DNA of 64,000 nt, from assembly GCF_049608145.1 (NCBI RefSeq), contig NZ_JBMYXF010000011.1, forward strand, positions 3,955 to 67,954. The letters are read 5' to 3'. The notes below the pieces were generated by a model that saw nothing but the letters and a program-made list of their open reading frames with translations, was not told the origin of the DNA and did no database searches. Origin of the DNA: Halocynthiibacter sp. (GTDB lineage Bacteria > Pseudomonadota > Alphaproteobacteria > Rhodobacterales > Rhodobacteraceae). The position numbers were made by a program, and so were the translations under genes. Below are positions 48,312 through 57,948 of this stretch, piece by piece. Positions within the stretch are counted from its first letter, which is position 1, and each line of letters opens with the position of its first letter.

Positions 48312-48592
48312 TAAACAGTTCGCCTGTCATTTAGATTGATCCGGTCGTATCGGTTCAGGCTGCGTTGCGGCCTGTCACGCTGAGTGTGGCACGCCACTAT
48401 GTGGTTAAATGTGAAACCCCATCCGAAAAATAGAAATAAATCCATCTTCGCCCTATATAGGGGCGGGGGTAAGCAGTGCTGAAACACTGCATACCATGCA
48501 GCATGCGTTAACAAAGCTGCATCGACGTCCGCTAAGATATCGCCGCCCGACACTCGCGAGTGTGTCAGCGGCTTAATCTGGAATCATCCAAA

Positions 48593-49405
48593 ATGACAAT
48601 GGAAAAAGTGCGCGCTGCCGCACCAGTCGCCCCGTGGTTGGGCGGCAAGAAAACTTTGCATCGTACTCTCATTGAGCGGATCGATGTAATCCCACATAAA
48701 ACATACATTGAACCATTCGTCGGAATGGGTGGTGTATTTCTGCGCCGTTCTTGGCGTCCGCGTCTTGAGGTTGCCAATGACCTCAACGGTGAAATCATCA
48801 ATCTATTCCGCATCTTGCAGCGTCATTATCCGCAGCTCATGGAAGTTATGCGGTTTCAGATTGCGTCACGGCGTGAATTTGATCGCCTACGATCTGTGGA
48901 TCCAGCAACCTTGACGGACCTCGAGCGCGCTGCGCGTTTCCTGTATCTGCAGCGACTGGCCTTTGGTGGTCAGGTGAATGGGGTTTTTGGTGTTGCACCA
49001 ACAAGTGGGCCACGTTTTAGCCTGTCTCGTTTGGAACCGATTCTTGATGCTGCACATGAGCGCCTTGAGGGTGTTGTGTTCGAGACCCTTGATTGGTCGG
49101 CATTGGTGGATCGTTATGACAGTCCTGAATCCTTATTCTATCTGGATCCGCCTTACTTTGGTGGTGAAAGTGATTATGGCAAAGGCATGTTTGGTCGTGA
49201 TCAATTTGCAAAAATGGCAGAACAACTTGCAAGCCTAAAAGGGGCATTTCTTCTCTCGATCAACGACACACCTGAGATCAGAGAAGTGTTCTCAGCATTT
49301 CAGTTTGACGAAGTGCGCCTGAAATATTCAGTAGCTCAGGCTGGCGCAACAGATGCCTGCGAGCTGATTATTTCAAACCGCGAGATCAAGACGGGCTTGC
49401 TGTAG
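48593..49405 (+). CDS. DNA adenine methyltransferase, D12 class
   Basis: PWLGGK, YIEPFVGMGGV, NDLNG, FYLDPPY. Confidence 0.93.
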   Translation: MTMEKVRAAAPVAPWLGGKKTLHRTLIERIDVIPHKTYIEPFVGMGGVFLRRSWRPRLEVANDLNGEIINLFRILQRHYPQLMEVMRFQIASRREFDRLRSVDPATLTDLERAARFLYLQRLAFGGQVNGVFGVAPTSGPRFSLSRLEPILDAAHERLEGVVFETLDWSALVDRYDSPESLFYLDPPYFGGESDYGKGMFGRDQFAKMAEQLASLKGAFLLSINDTPEIREVFSAFQFDEVRLKYSVAQAGATDACELIISNREIKTGLL

Positions 49406-49459
49406 CAAAAACATGCCCTTTCCCGGCGATACATCGGGCGGGAAGGGCGTTCGCAGCAA

Positions 49460-49672
49460 CATGTTCGGAGGGAGCGCTATGGGCAGATAGTGTACTTTGC
49501 AAAGTCGCACCATCGGCCCATTGCTGCCTTTCACCACCACCCCAAGATGCTGCGGTGCGGCCCGTCATTGCGGCCATTCGTGCATCGCGCAGCATTATTT
49601 CGGCTTGAAACGTCGGTGAGTGGACAAACCGGCCTTTCCACATTAGTTTCTGGAGGTCTGCTTTGGGCTTTT
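49460..49672. repeat. Cluster 1 of degenerate palindromic repeats
   Basis: Several imperfect hairpins; ends in GTCTGCTTTGGGCTTTT (49656-49672), identical to 57812-57828. Confidence 0.55.
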
Positions 49673-49674
49673 GT

Positions 49675-50196
49675 TCAGTGAGGTGATCGCCCTGTTGCTA
49701 TCATGAGATGGTGCTGTTGGTGGTGCGCACCGATTGTCATCAGCCCAAAGAAACCCAATCCCAGCACCTGGTTCAACTCTTCTTCTGAACCAGTCTGAAC
49801 CAGCATCGATGCACCGCCTTCCATTTCCCCAGCAGTGACGGCCCAATCCGATGACCCCTGCAACATCGGGCTGTGTGCCAACACCATGCGCCTGATCGAT
49901 GCTGCAACCACCTGATCGCCAGTGACCACGAACGTCGCACTCATTCCATCGACTGTTCGTTCAACCGACGCCCTAGTCGTCACGTTGTCCATATCCACGA
50001 GATGATCACGCAGTGCTTTGATATCGACCTGCGCCCAGTTCGTTTCGGGATTGTCACGCAGCAGTGTGACGATCTCGGCAATCGCAGCGAACTGGGATTG
50101 ACCTGTTTCGCTAGGTGATCCTGACGCATGCGCATGTTGTGCCATGGCATTGGTTGCGACGAACATCATCGCTGCTGATAAAAGACCTAGTTTCAT
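49675..50196 (-). CDS. Secreted His-rich hypothetical protein of the copper cluster
   Basis: Signal peptide, GQSQFAAI.EIV, LRDHLVDMD, GAHHQQHH. Confidence 0.75.
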   Translation of the reverse strand: MKLGLLSAAMMFVATNAMAQHAHASGSPSETGQSQFAAIAEIVTLLRDNPETNWAQVDIKALRDHLVDMDNVTTRASVERTVDGMSATFVVTGDQVVAASIRRMVLAHSPMLQGSSDWAVTAGEMEGGASMLVQTGSEEELNQVLGLGFFGLMTIGAHHQQHHLMIATGRSPH

Positions 50197-50246
50197 TGAA
50201 CACTCCTATTTCTTGATCACCCTAGCCAATTTCAAACTTATCACTT

Positions 50247-50260
50247 ATGATTTGGATCAT
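50247..50260. promoter_or_regulatory. Crp/Fnr-type binding site
   Basis: ATGAT-ttgg-ATCAT between the divergent genes. Confidence 0.55.
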
Positions 50261-50827
50261 ATGTTTTCTGATCCCTTTTCCCATCTACCCGCCGATGCAC
50301 GTCGCACATTAGACATGCGAAAAGGTGACGTGCTGTTTCGCCAGAACCAAACCACATCGGGGCTTTACCGTGTTGTATCTGGATGCGTGACACTGCAACG
50401 AACTGGGCTGGGGGGCGATACCTTGACCCTGCACAGGGCAGTGTCGGGCGGGTTTTTCGCGGAGGCATCAGTCTTCTCGGCGACTTACCACTGTGATGCG
50501 GTATGCACCGAAGCTGGAAATGTCATGAAGATCGCAAAGGCGGATGTCGTTGCAACGATGCAATCCAATCCTGCGTTCTCCGAAGGTTTCACAAGGTTGC
50601 TTGCTGTTCAGGTTCAACAGTACCGCGCACATATCGAGTTGCTGGCAATCCCGTCAGCCAAAGAACGCATACTGGCGGCTGTTAAGGCAGGCTACTTCGA
50701 TGCAACGGTCACCGAGTTGGCGACCCGCATCAATCTTAGCCATGAAGCTTGTTATCGCGCATTGCGGGGACTGTGTGACGACGGTCGCATGATCCGTGTT
50801 TGTCGTGGAAAATATACGCTGTCATAG
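50261..50827 (+). CDS. Crp/Fnr-family regulator
   Basis: KGDVLFRQ, FFAEASVF, C-terminal HTH LSHEACYRAL. Confidence 0.88.
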   Translation: MFSDPFSHLPADARRTLDMRKGDVLFRQNQTTSGLYRVVSGCVTLQRTGLGGDTLTLHRAVSGGFFAEASVFSATYHCDAVCTEAGNVMKIAKADVVATMQSNPAFSEGFTRLLAVQVQQYRAHIELLAIPSAKERILAAVKAGYFDATVTELATRINLSHEACYRALRGLCDDGRMIRVCRGKYTLS

Positions 50828-50855
50828 CGTCCAGTGCTTTTCGGGTAGTTGTCCA

Positions 50856-51281
50856 TCAGTGTGGTGGGGTCCTGCTGGCTTGGACTTCGCGTTCCCGTTC
50901 AGACCAAGTTGATCTGATGTAGGCGAGGATATCCCATATCTCATCATCGGTGAGTGTTTCACCAAATGCGGGCATTCCGCTGTTGAAACCAGTGACACCC
51001 CTGACCTCTAATGCAGCAGCGCCACCGAGCTTGGTGTATTCGAACAGCAGTTCATCATCGTGATGCCACGTGTGGCCCGTCCCATCATGTGGCGGTGCTG
51101 GAAGCACACCATCGGCGTCAGAGGATTGCCAGTTCGGTTGCCCCTCAAGGTTTGCCCCGTGGCATGATGCGCAGTTGCCTGCATACAGGCTTTGTCCCGC
51201 AACAATGTCGCGGTGTTCCCAGTTGTGATCAGCAGCGGCTGTGGAGGCCAAAGACAGCAGGATTGGGATCAGCCACCTCAT
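50856..51281 (-). CDS. Cytochrome c (CorC-like)
   Basis: [24 protein letters not shown]. Confidence 0.88.
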   Translation of the reverse strand: MRWLIPILLSLASTAAADHNWEHRDIVAGQSLYAGNCASCHGANLEGQPNWQSSDADGVLPAPPHDGTGHTWHHDDELLFEYTKLGGAAALEVRGVTGFNSGMPAFGETLTDDEIWDILAYIRSTWSEREREVQASRTPPH

Positions 51282-52588
51282 GCCACATTCACCCAAGTGC
51301 GCATCCCTCCCACAGCGTGGCTGAGCATGTGACAGTGCAGCAGCCAACGACCAGGGTTGTCGAAGACACAGATGACATCGCGGCTTTCACCTGCGTTCAC
51401 CAAAGTTGTGTCGCGCAGATCGCCCAAAGCTCCGTTCTCTTCAACCTCGTAGAAGTGGTGACCGTGCAGGTGGATGCCGTGCGGGAACGAGGTGTCGTTT
51501 ACAAACGTGATCCGCACAGTCTCGCCATTTTGGAATGATCCGAATGGGTCGCCTTGTAGGTCCGAGACGTTGTTGAAGGCCCAAATATTGTCACCGCCGT
51601 GGCGACCACTCATTGCACCGCCCATCATCGTCAGAGTGAGATGTTGCGTGGGTTCTTCTGGTGTTGGCAGGTTGGGCGGTGACAGAGCCATGATCGCTCC
51701 AGCCTGCCTATCCGTATTGATGCCACTCACAGCGAGATCAGCCAATCGATATGGTCCCTGACGGCTCAGCATATCAAATCCTACAGGCCCCGTGATATCT
51801 ACGATCAGGTCTGCCCGTTGTGCAGGTGCGAGGGTAAGTTCTGTCATAGGACGTGGCTCGGAAAGGGCCATCCCATCCAAGGCCACGACCGATCCAGCGA
51901 CGCCACTAACCTCAACGGGGAAGATACGGTTGGTTGCGGCGTTGATCAGCCGAAACCTAACCCGATCCCCAGTCTTCACCTGATCTTGGGACAGGAAGGC
52001 ACGGGCGAAATTCCCCATGTAACCGCCATGGGCGACACTGTGCATGTCGGTAAACTCATCGGACAGGCTGCCATCTTCCTGCATCTGCCAATCCGCCATC
52101 AACACGGTGATGTCGTGATCAACATCTGGGGGCGTTTCATCCTCAACAATCAACGGACCCATCATGCCACGCGCGACTTGTTCATGAGAAATGTAATGCG
52201 AATGATACCAATAGGTGCCTTCGTCTGGCGGGATAAAGCTGTAGGTTTTGGTGTCGGAAGGTTCGATCAACTCTTGCGTCAACATCGGCACCCCATCCAT
52301 CTGGTTTTCCAACCTGATGCCGTGCCAATGCACTGCGGTGCCTTCCTCAAGACCGTTCTCGACATCGATGTTCACCCGTTCACCGCGCCGCACACGCAGT
52401 TCTGGCCCTGGCATCGACCCGTTGAAGCCCAGCATAGAGGTTACACCATCCCCCAGCGGTAGGATTTGCTGCGTCACCGTTTCGGCCTTCAACCGCAACG
52501 TATCTTGGGCTGCGAATGTGGGCATTGGTAATATCGCTGTGGCTGAGACGGTAGCCAAGAAGTGTCGTCTGTTCATGTGGTGCCTCAT
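51278..52588 (-). CDS. Tat-exported multicopper oxidase
   Basis: [30 protein letters not shown]. Confidence 0.95.
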   Translation of the reverse strand: MRHHMNRRHFLATVSATAILPMPTFAAQDTLRLKAETVTQQILPLGDGVTSMLGFNGSMPGPELRVRRGERVNIDVENGLEEGTAVHWHGIRLENQMDGVPMLTQELIEPSDTKTYSFIPPDEGTYWYHSHYISHEQVARGMMGPLIVEDETPPDVDHDITVLMADWQMQEDGSLSDEFTDMHSVAHGGYMGNFARAFLSQDQVKTGDRVRFRLINAATNRIFPVEVSGVAGSVVALDGMALSEPRPMTELTLAPAQRADLIVDITGPVGFDMLSRQGPYRLADLAVSGINTDRQAGAIMALSPPNLPTPEEPTQHLTLTMMGGAMSGRHGGDNIWAFNNVSDLQGDPFGSFQNGETVRITFVNDTSFPHGIHLHGHHFYEVEENGALGDLRDTTLVNAGESRDVICVFDNPGRWLLHCHMLSHAVGGMRTWVNVA

Positions 52589-53436
52589 GTTGGCAAAGTT
52601 AGGTTTGTTGTGAGAACAGCGGTCGTTCCCAGCACGGCAAGGATAACCAGCCATTCGACTGAAATGGACTTGGAAAGATGGCCTGCGGCGGCTGGATCGC
52701 CCGCACGAAGCGCAGGTATGAACCGAAGTTTATTGGCAGCAGCCAATCCAAGCAGCAGACCAACCAAAAGCACCTTTATGATCAAAGCCTGCCCGTATCC
52801 TGTGCTAATGAGCGCGGAGAACGAACCGACCAACTCGTACCCCATATAGCCACCCAAGATGATCAGCACTGGGACAGTGACAGTGGCAACAACACCAAAT
52901 CGATACCCCACATCTGCAGCCGAAGCATAGGTGTTGGAAGATGATGCCAAGCGTTTCAGTGGCGTAAGAACACCAATCCACAGCGCAACGGCCAACAAGT
53001 GTAACATCAAAGCGATGTCTAGCAGTGTCGTGTCACGGCTAGAGATGTGGCCCACGTGATCGAATGACCAGATCGCGATGACACCACCCAATACCGAGAC
53101 CCAAGTTCCAACGCGGCCCATGAACAGGCCAGCGATCAACAGACCAAGACCCACCAAACGTAACAGTAATGCGGTACCGACAGGTGTCGTCCATAGCAGG
53201 CCAAGCATCTCAGGATCAGTCATGCCACTGACATCGCCCGTCAGATTGGCTCCGCGCAGTGAAAAGGCGAGGATCGTTGCAATCAACCCCAGAACAGCGA
53301 ATGCCACGGCCAGACCTCGTGTGCGATCCAGCCGAAACATTAACGTTGCCATCACCGTGCCAGCCGCAGTCATCACGCCAAGATAGAGAGCGAATTTTGT
53401 GGCGATGGCCGCCAGACCGAACAGATCAGGCATCAT
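52585..53436 (-). CDS. copD: CopD-family copper membrane protein
   Basis: GH, HLLAVALWIG, YG.AL..K, LAAANKLRF.P. Confidence 0.85.
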   Translation of the reverse strand: MMPDLFGLAAIATKFALYLGVMTAAGTVMATLMFRLDRTRGLAVAFAVLGLIATILAFSLRGANLTGDVSGMTDPEMLGLLWTTPVGTALLLRLVGLGLLIAGLFMGRVGTWVSVLGGVIAIWSFDHVGHISSRDTTLLDIALMLHLLAVALWIGVLTPLKRLASSSNTYASAADVGYRFGVVATVTVPVLIILGGYMGYELVGSFSALISTGYGQALIIKVLLVGLLLGLAAANKLRFIPALRAGDPAAAGHLSKSISVEWLVILAVLGTTAVLTTNLTLPT

Positions 53437-53789
53437 TCTTCGACGGTAAAGCTGAAGGTGCCATTCAAGGCATGGCCATCTGCACCAAGCCCACGCCATT
53501 CAACGACGTACACACCCGCTCCCATGTCATGCATCGGCAACGTAAACTCCTGCGTGAACGCTGTTTGTTCGCCAAGGTCCATGTCCATGCTGTGCGTGTC
53601 GGCATGTGTGATAGCAACCCGCGTCAAACGAATGTCACCTTTGAAGTCCATCAAGACTTCGGTCGGCATCTCCGTGACAGTGGCCTCATTGGTAGGTGTC
53701 GTTGTATCGAGGGGAGAGTGCGCCATTGCGCCCGTTGCCCAAATCCCGATCATGCCTGCGAGTAGAATAGTCTTCATTGCGGTTTCCAA
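53433..53789 (-). CDS. copC: CopC-family periplasmic copper protein
   Basis: AMA/HSPL...P, WRGLGADGH...G.FSF. Confidence 0.88.
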   Translation of the reverse strand: METAMKTILLAGMIGIWATGAMAHSPLDTTTPTNEATVTEMPTEVLMDFKGDIRLTRVAITHADTHSMDMDLGEQTAFTQEFTLPMHDMGAGVYVVEWRGLGADGHALNGTFSFTVEE

Positions 53790-53804
53790 TTTTGTGACTG
53801 GAGA

Positions 53805-54239
53805 TCAGTTGATCCCGTTGGCACGTTGCAGTTCGCGAATATAGGCGATGATCATGGTGACATCGCCCCGTGTTACACCCTCAACGGGGGGCATGTCACC
53901 AAACGGCCAGTGGTGGCCCCGAACGCCCAACTCAGCAGCCCGTTGGAACGCTTCATCGCCGTGGTGGCTGGGTTCATAAATGATGTGGACCAATGGCGGT
54001 GCTACGCCATCTTGACCCGCTGCATTCGCACCGTGGCAAGCAGCACACTTGGCCTCATATCCAAGCTGCCCGATCTGGGCGTTCGGTGACAGGGTTTCGG
54101 GCAACAGCACATTGGCGAGTCCCCCATTCTCCCTACTGATAGCGGTGTCAGAAGCGGCGGTTTGTGGCGCTGAGGGCCACAACACGTAGCCTACGCCACC
54201 CGCAACCAAAATTGCGGCAATTGCGATAGTCGATTTCAT
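53805..54239 (-). CDS. Cytochrome c
   Basis: CAACHG, YEPSHHGD, HHWPFGDMP. Confidence 0.88.
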   Translation of the reverse strand: MKSTIAIAAILVAGGVGYVLWPSAPQTAASDTAISRENGGLANVLLPETLSPNAQIGQLGYEAKCAACHGANAAGQDGVAPPLVHIIYEPSHHGDEAFQRAAELGVRGHHWPFGDMPPVEGVTRGDVTMIIAYIRELQRANGIN

Positions 54240-54270
54240 TGAATGTACTAATCCTCACGTCTTTTGGATA

Positions 54271-54301
54271 TCTTTAATCCTTCCTGTAGGTGGAGGGTCA
54301 A
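54271..54301 (-). promoter_or_regulatory. CueR-type promoter
   Basis: Minus strand TTGACC, 19-bp spacer with CCCTCC-N7-GGAAGG, then TAAAGA. Confidence 0.75.
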
Positions 54302-54309
54302 ACGATTTA

Positions 54310-55062
54310 TTATCGCAGCGTCGTGAGCATCCAGAGCGCCATACCGACCATCATCAGGTTCTCCGTCAGTGACACGAAACCCAATGGAACCTTACTGTCA
54401 CCACCGACACAGGCGCACTTTAGGTCGCGTTTGTCGATGTAGACCGCCTTGAACACACTGATCGCGCCAATGCTGGCGACAAACAACGCTGCTGGTGCAG
54501 ACAACCACGTGAGAACCCCGGCCATCATAAGCAGACCTGCCCCAGTCTCAACGAACGGATAGACATATCCGTAGCGAACCCACCGTTGGGCCAGCAGGTC
54601 GTAGTTCAGGAACATCGTGGCGAACCGTTCTACGTCTTGCAGTTTTTGCAGACCCAACAGCACCATGGATATCGAGATAAACCATTCAACTGTCCGTCCC
54701 GTGAATGCGGCACCTAACGCCAACCAAGTCACAGCTATGGCCATCAACAAAGCGACCGCGAACAATGCGATGACAGGCTTATAGGTCGTGGCATCCTTGG
54801 ACTTGGTGGCTTTTCCTAGATGTACGCTCAGGTCATCGAAACCACCGATGCGTTCTTCACCAATGAACGTCTGTGGCGTCGTCTTCACATCATGCTCGGC
54901 TTTGAACGCATCAACCTCGCCACGGCTGGTGAGGTGGCGATCATCCACTTGAAAGCCCTGACGTTCTAACAGGTCTTTCGATTTCAACCCGTATGGACAC
55001 ATGTGGTCGGTCATCAGCATCCGATAGAGGGTGGCAGTTTTGGCGGCGGTATCCTTGGGCAT
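54310..55062 (-). CDS. Glutaredoxin-MauE/DoxX fusion membrane protein
   Basis: CPYG, TTPQTFI, YDLLA, CACVGG, ENLMM. Confidence 0.88.
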   Translation of the reverse strand: MPKDTAAKTATLYRMLMTDHMCPYGLKSKDLLERQGFQVDDRHLTSRGEVDAFKAEHDVKTTPQTFIGEERIGGFDDLSVHLGKATKSKDATTYKPVIALFAVALLMAIAVTWLALGAAFTGRTVEWFISISMVLLGLQKLQDVERFATMFLNYDLLAQRWVRYGYVYPFVETGAGLLMMAGVLTWLSAPAALFVASIGAISVFKAVYIDKRDLKCACVGGDSKVPLGFVSLTENLMMVGMALWMLTTLR

Positions 55063-55128
55063 GTATCAAATCCTTATGCAGGTGCAGGCATCCATCAAAA
55101 ATGGCACCCTTGAAACTCATTCATCATC

Positions 55129-55159
55129 AACCTAGTCTCTCCAGCAACTGGAAGGTCAA
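55129..55159 (-). promoter_or_regulatory. CueR-type promoter
   Basis: Minus strand TTGACC-ttccagttgctggagagac(19)-TAGGTT. Confidence 0.8.
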
Positions 55160-55170
55160 GGGTAAGTTCT

Positions 55171-55554
55171 ATGAATATCTCTGCGGCATCAAAGGCGGCG
55201 GGCCTTCCCGTCAAAACCGTGCGCTACTACGCCGACATCAAGTTGGTCGAAGCACCGTCGCGATCAGAGGCGGGATACCGCACCTATAACGATGTGGCCG
55301 TTCGCAAACTGGTGTTCGTCAGACGATCACGTGCGTTCGGGTTTAGCATCGAAGGATGCCGCGAACTTCTGAGCCTGTATCAAGATCAGGACCGCACTAG
55401 CTCGGAAGTGAAACGTATCGCGTCCAAGCGACTGGAGGAGATCGAAGAGAAGCAGCGGGAGCTTCAGTCTCTGCATGATGAGTTGGCGCATCTGGTGACA
55501 TCCTGTCGTGGTGACCACATGCCTGACTGTCCAATCATCGATTACCTTGGTTGA
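55171..55554 (+). CDS. cueR: Cu(I)-responsive MerR regulator
   Basis: GLPVKTVRYY, GYRTY, GFSIE, CRGDHMPDCPII. Confidence 0.92.
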   Translation: MNISAASKAAGLPVKTVRYYADIKLVEAPSRSEAGYRTYNDVAVRKLVFVRRSRAFGFSIEGCRELLSLYQDQDRTSSEVKRIASKRLEEIEEKQRELQSLHDELAHLVTSCRGDHMPDCPIIDYLG

Positions 55555-55559
55555 AGTTC

Positions 55560-56050
55560 GAATTTCCGCGTAGCCGACATTCACTGCGCTACAGAAAAAA
55601 CGGGAGTCTGGGCTCGAACTTGCCGTTAGCTGCACTTTGCACCGATGGCCGCTTTGGCGCAGCCTCTGACTGTGCAAATGTCACTTTCTGCCCATTCCTG
55701 ACTTCGGGGTGATGCGCAGCACGGCTGCCGAGCAGGATTGGCCTGTGAATGTCCGCATTCATCATTTTGACGGCGCACCTTCGCAATCGCAGAAAACATC
55801 TGCAATCCACTTGGCGCAGCGAAAGGCAACGACTGCTTCGGGCTGGGTGCTGCCGTTAGACGTGCTTTGCACCAGGTTCGACTCTGGGCCGGTTCTAACT
55901 GACAGCGTACAAATTGGATTGCCTTTAAACTTCGATAAGTGAGCGTGATACCAATGCACCGTGTCTAAGCAGTATTTCCAAAGGCAGAGTGACTGTTGAG
56001 TAGACGGAGTGATGTTTCTCTGGAGTTGCGCCAATGGCTGCTTTTGGGTG
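55560..56050. repeat. Cluster 2 of degenerate palindromic repeats
   Basis: AACGGGAGT..ACTTGCCGTT, AACGACTGC..GCTGCCGTT; GCCGTTAG-N5-CTTTGCACC at 55622 and 55852. Confidence 0.55.
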
Positions 56051-56139
56051 TCTAGAATACTCAAAATCGGACCAAAATGCGGTGCTTCCAAATATCGACT
56101 TTCAAGCAGGATGCGCTACACTAGAAGTGATTCAAACAA

Positions 56140-57399
56140 ATGCATACGGTCAATTTTGGAGATACCCCCATGGTAGATTTTAATCAATTTTCAGACAGTC
56201 TTGCTCAGTTCCAGGAGGAGTTCTCAACAGAACTCATGGATTTGGAATGGGTCGCGGTTGAGCTGCATGTGGGTTTGGACACCACAAGTCCAGAGATCGT
56301 TGTTAAGCTCGCTGGCAACAAGGATTCGATACCAAGTTCGTTGCGTTCTGGATCGGTTTTCGAACATGAAGGTCGAAGTTACTCTATCCGAATGATGGCC
56401 GGCAGAGAAATCGTTGCTCAGGTTAAAGCGGGAACTGCTGCACGGCCTGAGGGAGCTCCATATTATGGGACGTACGGAGCCCCTATAGTGATAAATGGGG
56501 TGTACGTCGCAATATCAAATTGGCATGTTTTCTGCAAGAATGGGAACAGATCGAAAATCGGAGATAGAATACAGATTGACGGAAAAACGATCGCATCTCT
56601 GTATGATTTCGAACCGGTAAACGAGTTTGGAAACAACGAGTATGACATTGCATTCGCAGAGTTCGACGACCCTGATGATATTGAAGCTAGATTTCGGGAA
56701 TGCTCAAATGGTTCACGTCTTCGATTTCCGCGGCGACTAGCCTGGAGTGTTGAGTTCGGCAAGGCGCATTATACCGTCGGTGCTCGCTCCCCAGTTTGCG
56801 GTCATGGAAAATTACTGGGTGTTGCAAATATCCGAGTGAAATACGGAAATGGCCGGGTAATCCCCTTCTCAAATCAACTAATGTTCTCAAAAATGTCCGA
56901 TCGAGGCGATAGTGGCTCAATTGTTGTTGACGAGGAGCGGCATGAAGCTGTCGGTCTGATTTTTGCCGGTGACGACGAATCTAGTTACGCAAACTTTCTA
57001 CCCGGCTACCCAGGTTTTTTGACAAGGGGCAGCATAGATCTAGGGCAATCGGCGTCTTTGATGAGCTTTTCGCATCAACCGGTGATGCGAAAGGATGAAG
57101 TTCTATTTGGCGGAAACAATTCTATCTCGATGGATATGCCTTTTGAGAAGGATGGAGGAGTGCCGTCAATTGATAGAGAATCCTTTCCTCGAGAACTGAT
57201 TGACCCAAAAAAGAGATTGAAACTTTTTAACATAGATGGAAGTAAGCAAATTCGGGTTATTGACGCCCAAGGGAGTTGGGTCAAGGCTCAGATATTCGGC
57301 CGACGCGACCACCGACCTGGTCATGGCATAGAATACTATCTTGCTGCCACTGGCTTTTTTAACGTCAATGCACCAACCCGATTGTTCTATTTAGTTTAG
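56140..57399 (+). CDS. Trypsin-like serine protease (Nal1-like)
   Basis: Triad motifs ISNWHVF, YDIAFA, RGDSGS; AVGLIFAG. Confidence 0.8.
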   Translation: MHTVNFGDTPMVDFNQFSDSLAQFQEEFSTELMDLEWVAVELHVGLDTTSPEIVVKLAGNKDSIPSSLRSGSVFEHEGRSYSIRMMAGREIVAQVKAGTAARPEGAPYYGTYGAPIVINGVYVAISNWHVFCKNGNRSKIGDRIQIDGKTIASLYDFEPVNEFGNNEYDIAFAEFDDPDDIEARFRECSNGSRLRFPRRLAWSVEFGKAHYTVGARSPVCGHGKLLGVANIRVKYGNGRVIPFSNQLMFSKMSDRGDSGSIVVDEERHEAVGLIFAGDDESSYANFLPGYPGFLTRGSIDLGQSASLMSFSHQPVMRKDEVLFGGNNSISMDMPFEKDGGVPSIDRESFPRELIDPKKRLKLFNIDGSKQIRVIDAQGSWVKAQIFGRRDHRPGHGIEYYLAATGFFNVNAPTRLFYLV

Positions 57400-57450
57400 T
57401 GCTCCCTATGCCCGCCCTAAAGCAAAAAGAGTATAGTTTGGATAGGTCTA

Positions 57451-57828
57451 AAAGTTGGCTCCACCGCGAGCCAACTTTCGTCCAGTGTAAAAAAAAACAG
57501 ATCAGTTGTGTTGTGACATAATCGGCACCTTTGACACCGGGTTCACTTCGTCTAAAATCACTGAGTGCTCTTGCCCTACAAAACTTTTGCAGCCCTCCGT
57601 TTCTCTTTAACAAGGTTTTGACGACTGTTCGAAAACCGGACATTCGTTCCAAAAGCAGTGTGACGCAAGAGGGGCTCAGAGCCCCCTTGCAGCAATGCAA
57701 TGAATTTCTTGCTTTAATGCGTATGTGAATGTCGGCTTTCGACTTTGAGGTTTTGATCGGTTCGCGCCTGCGGAGAAAATCCGGTTTCTGCCCGACGTGC
57801 AGATCGATCATGTCTGCTTTGGGCTTTT
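57451..57828. repeat. Cluster 3 of degenerate palindromic repeats
   Basis: AAAGTTGGCTC-caccgc-GAGCCAACTTT (57451-57478), ACCGGACATTC, GAATGTCGGCTTT, GTCTGCTTTGGGCTTTT. Confidence 0.5.
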
Positions 57829-57934
57829 AGCGCGGCTTTTGTTGTGCCTTAGATTATGGATTTGCAATACATGTGTTACGATATTTTTACGAACTTATGT
57901 TTTAGTAATCTGATAAATAGTATAAAAAGGTGCA

Positions 57935-57948
57935 TCTCGACCGCACCA
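57935..57948 (+). repeat. attR core TCTCGACCGCACCA
   Basis: Duplicate of tRNA-Leu 3' end. Confidence 0.9.

Larger units (their letters stand above)
11868..57948. mobile_element. Integrated temperate prophage (lambda-like head, P2-like contractile tail) with cargo
   Basis: Integrase next to tRNA; full replication, head, tail and lysis gene set; 14-bp direct repeat of the tRNA 3' end at both boundaries. Confidence 0.93.

Noticed and set aside
49460-57830. CRISPR array or classical integron
   Set aside because: Repeats are degenerate and irregularly spaced; no cas or intI gene; no clear attC RYYYAAC/GTTRRRY ends
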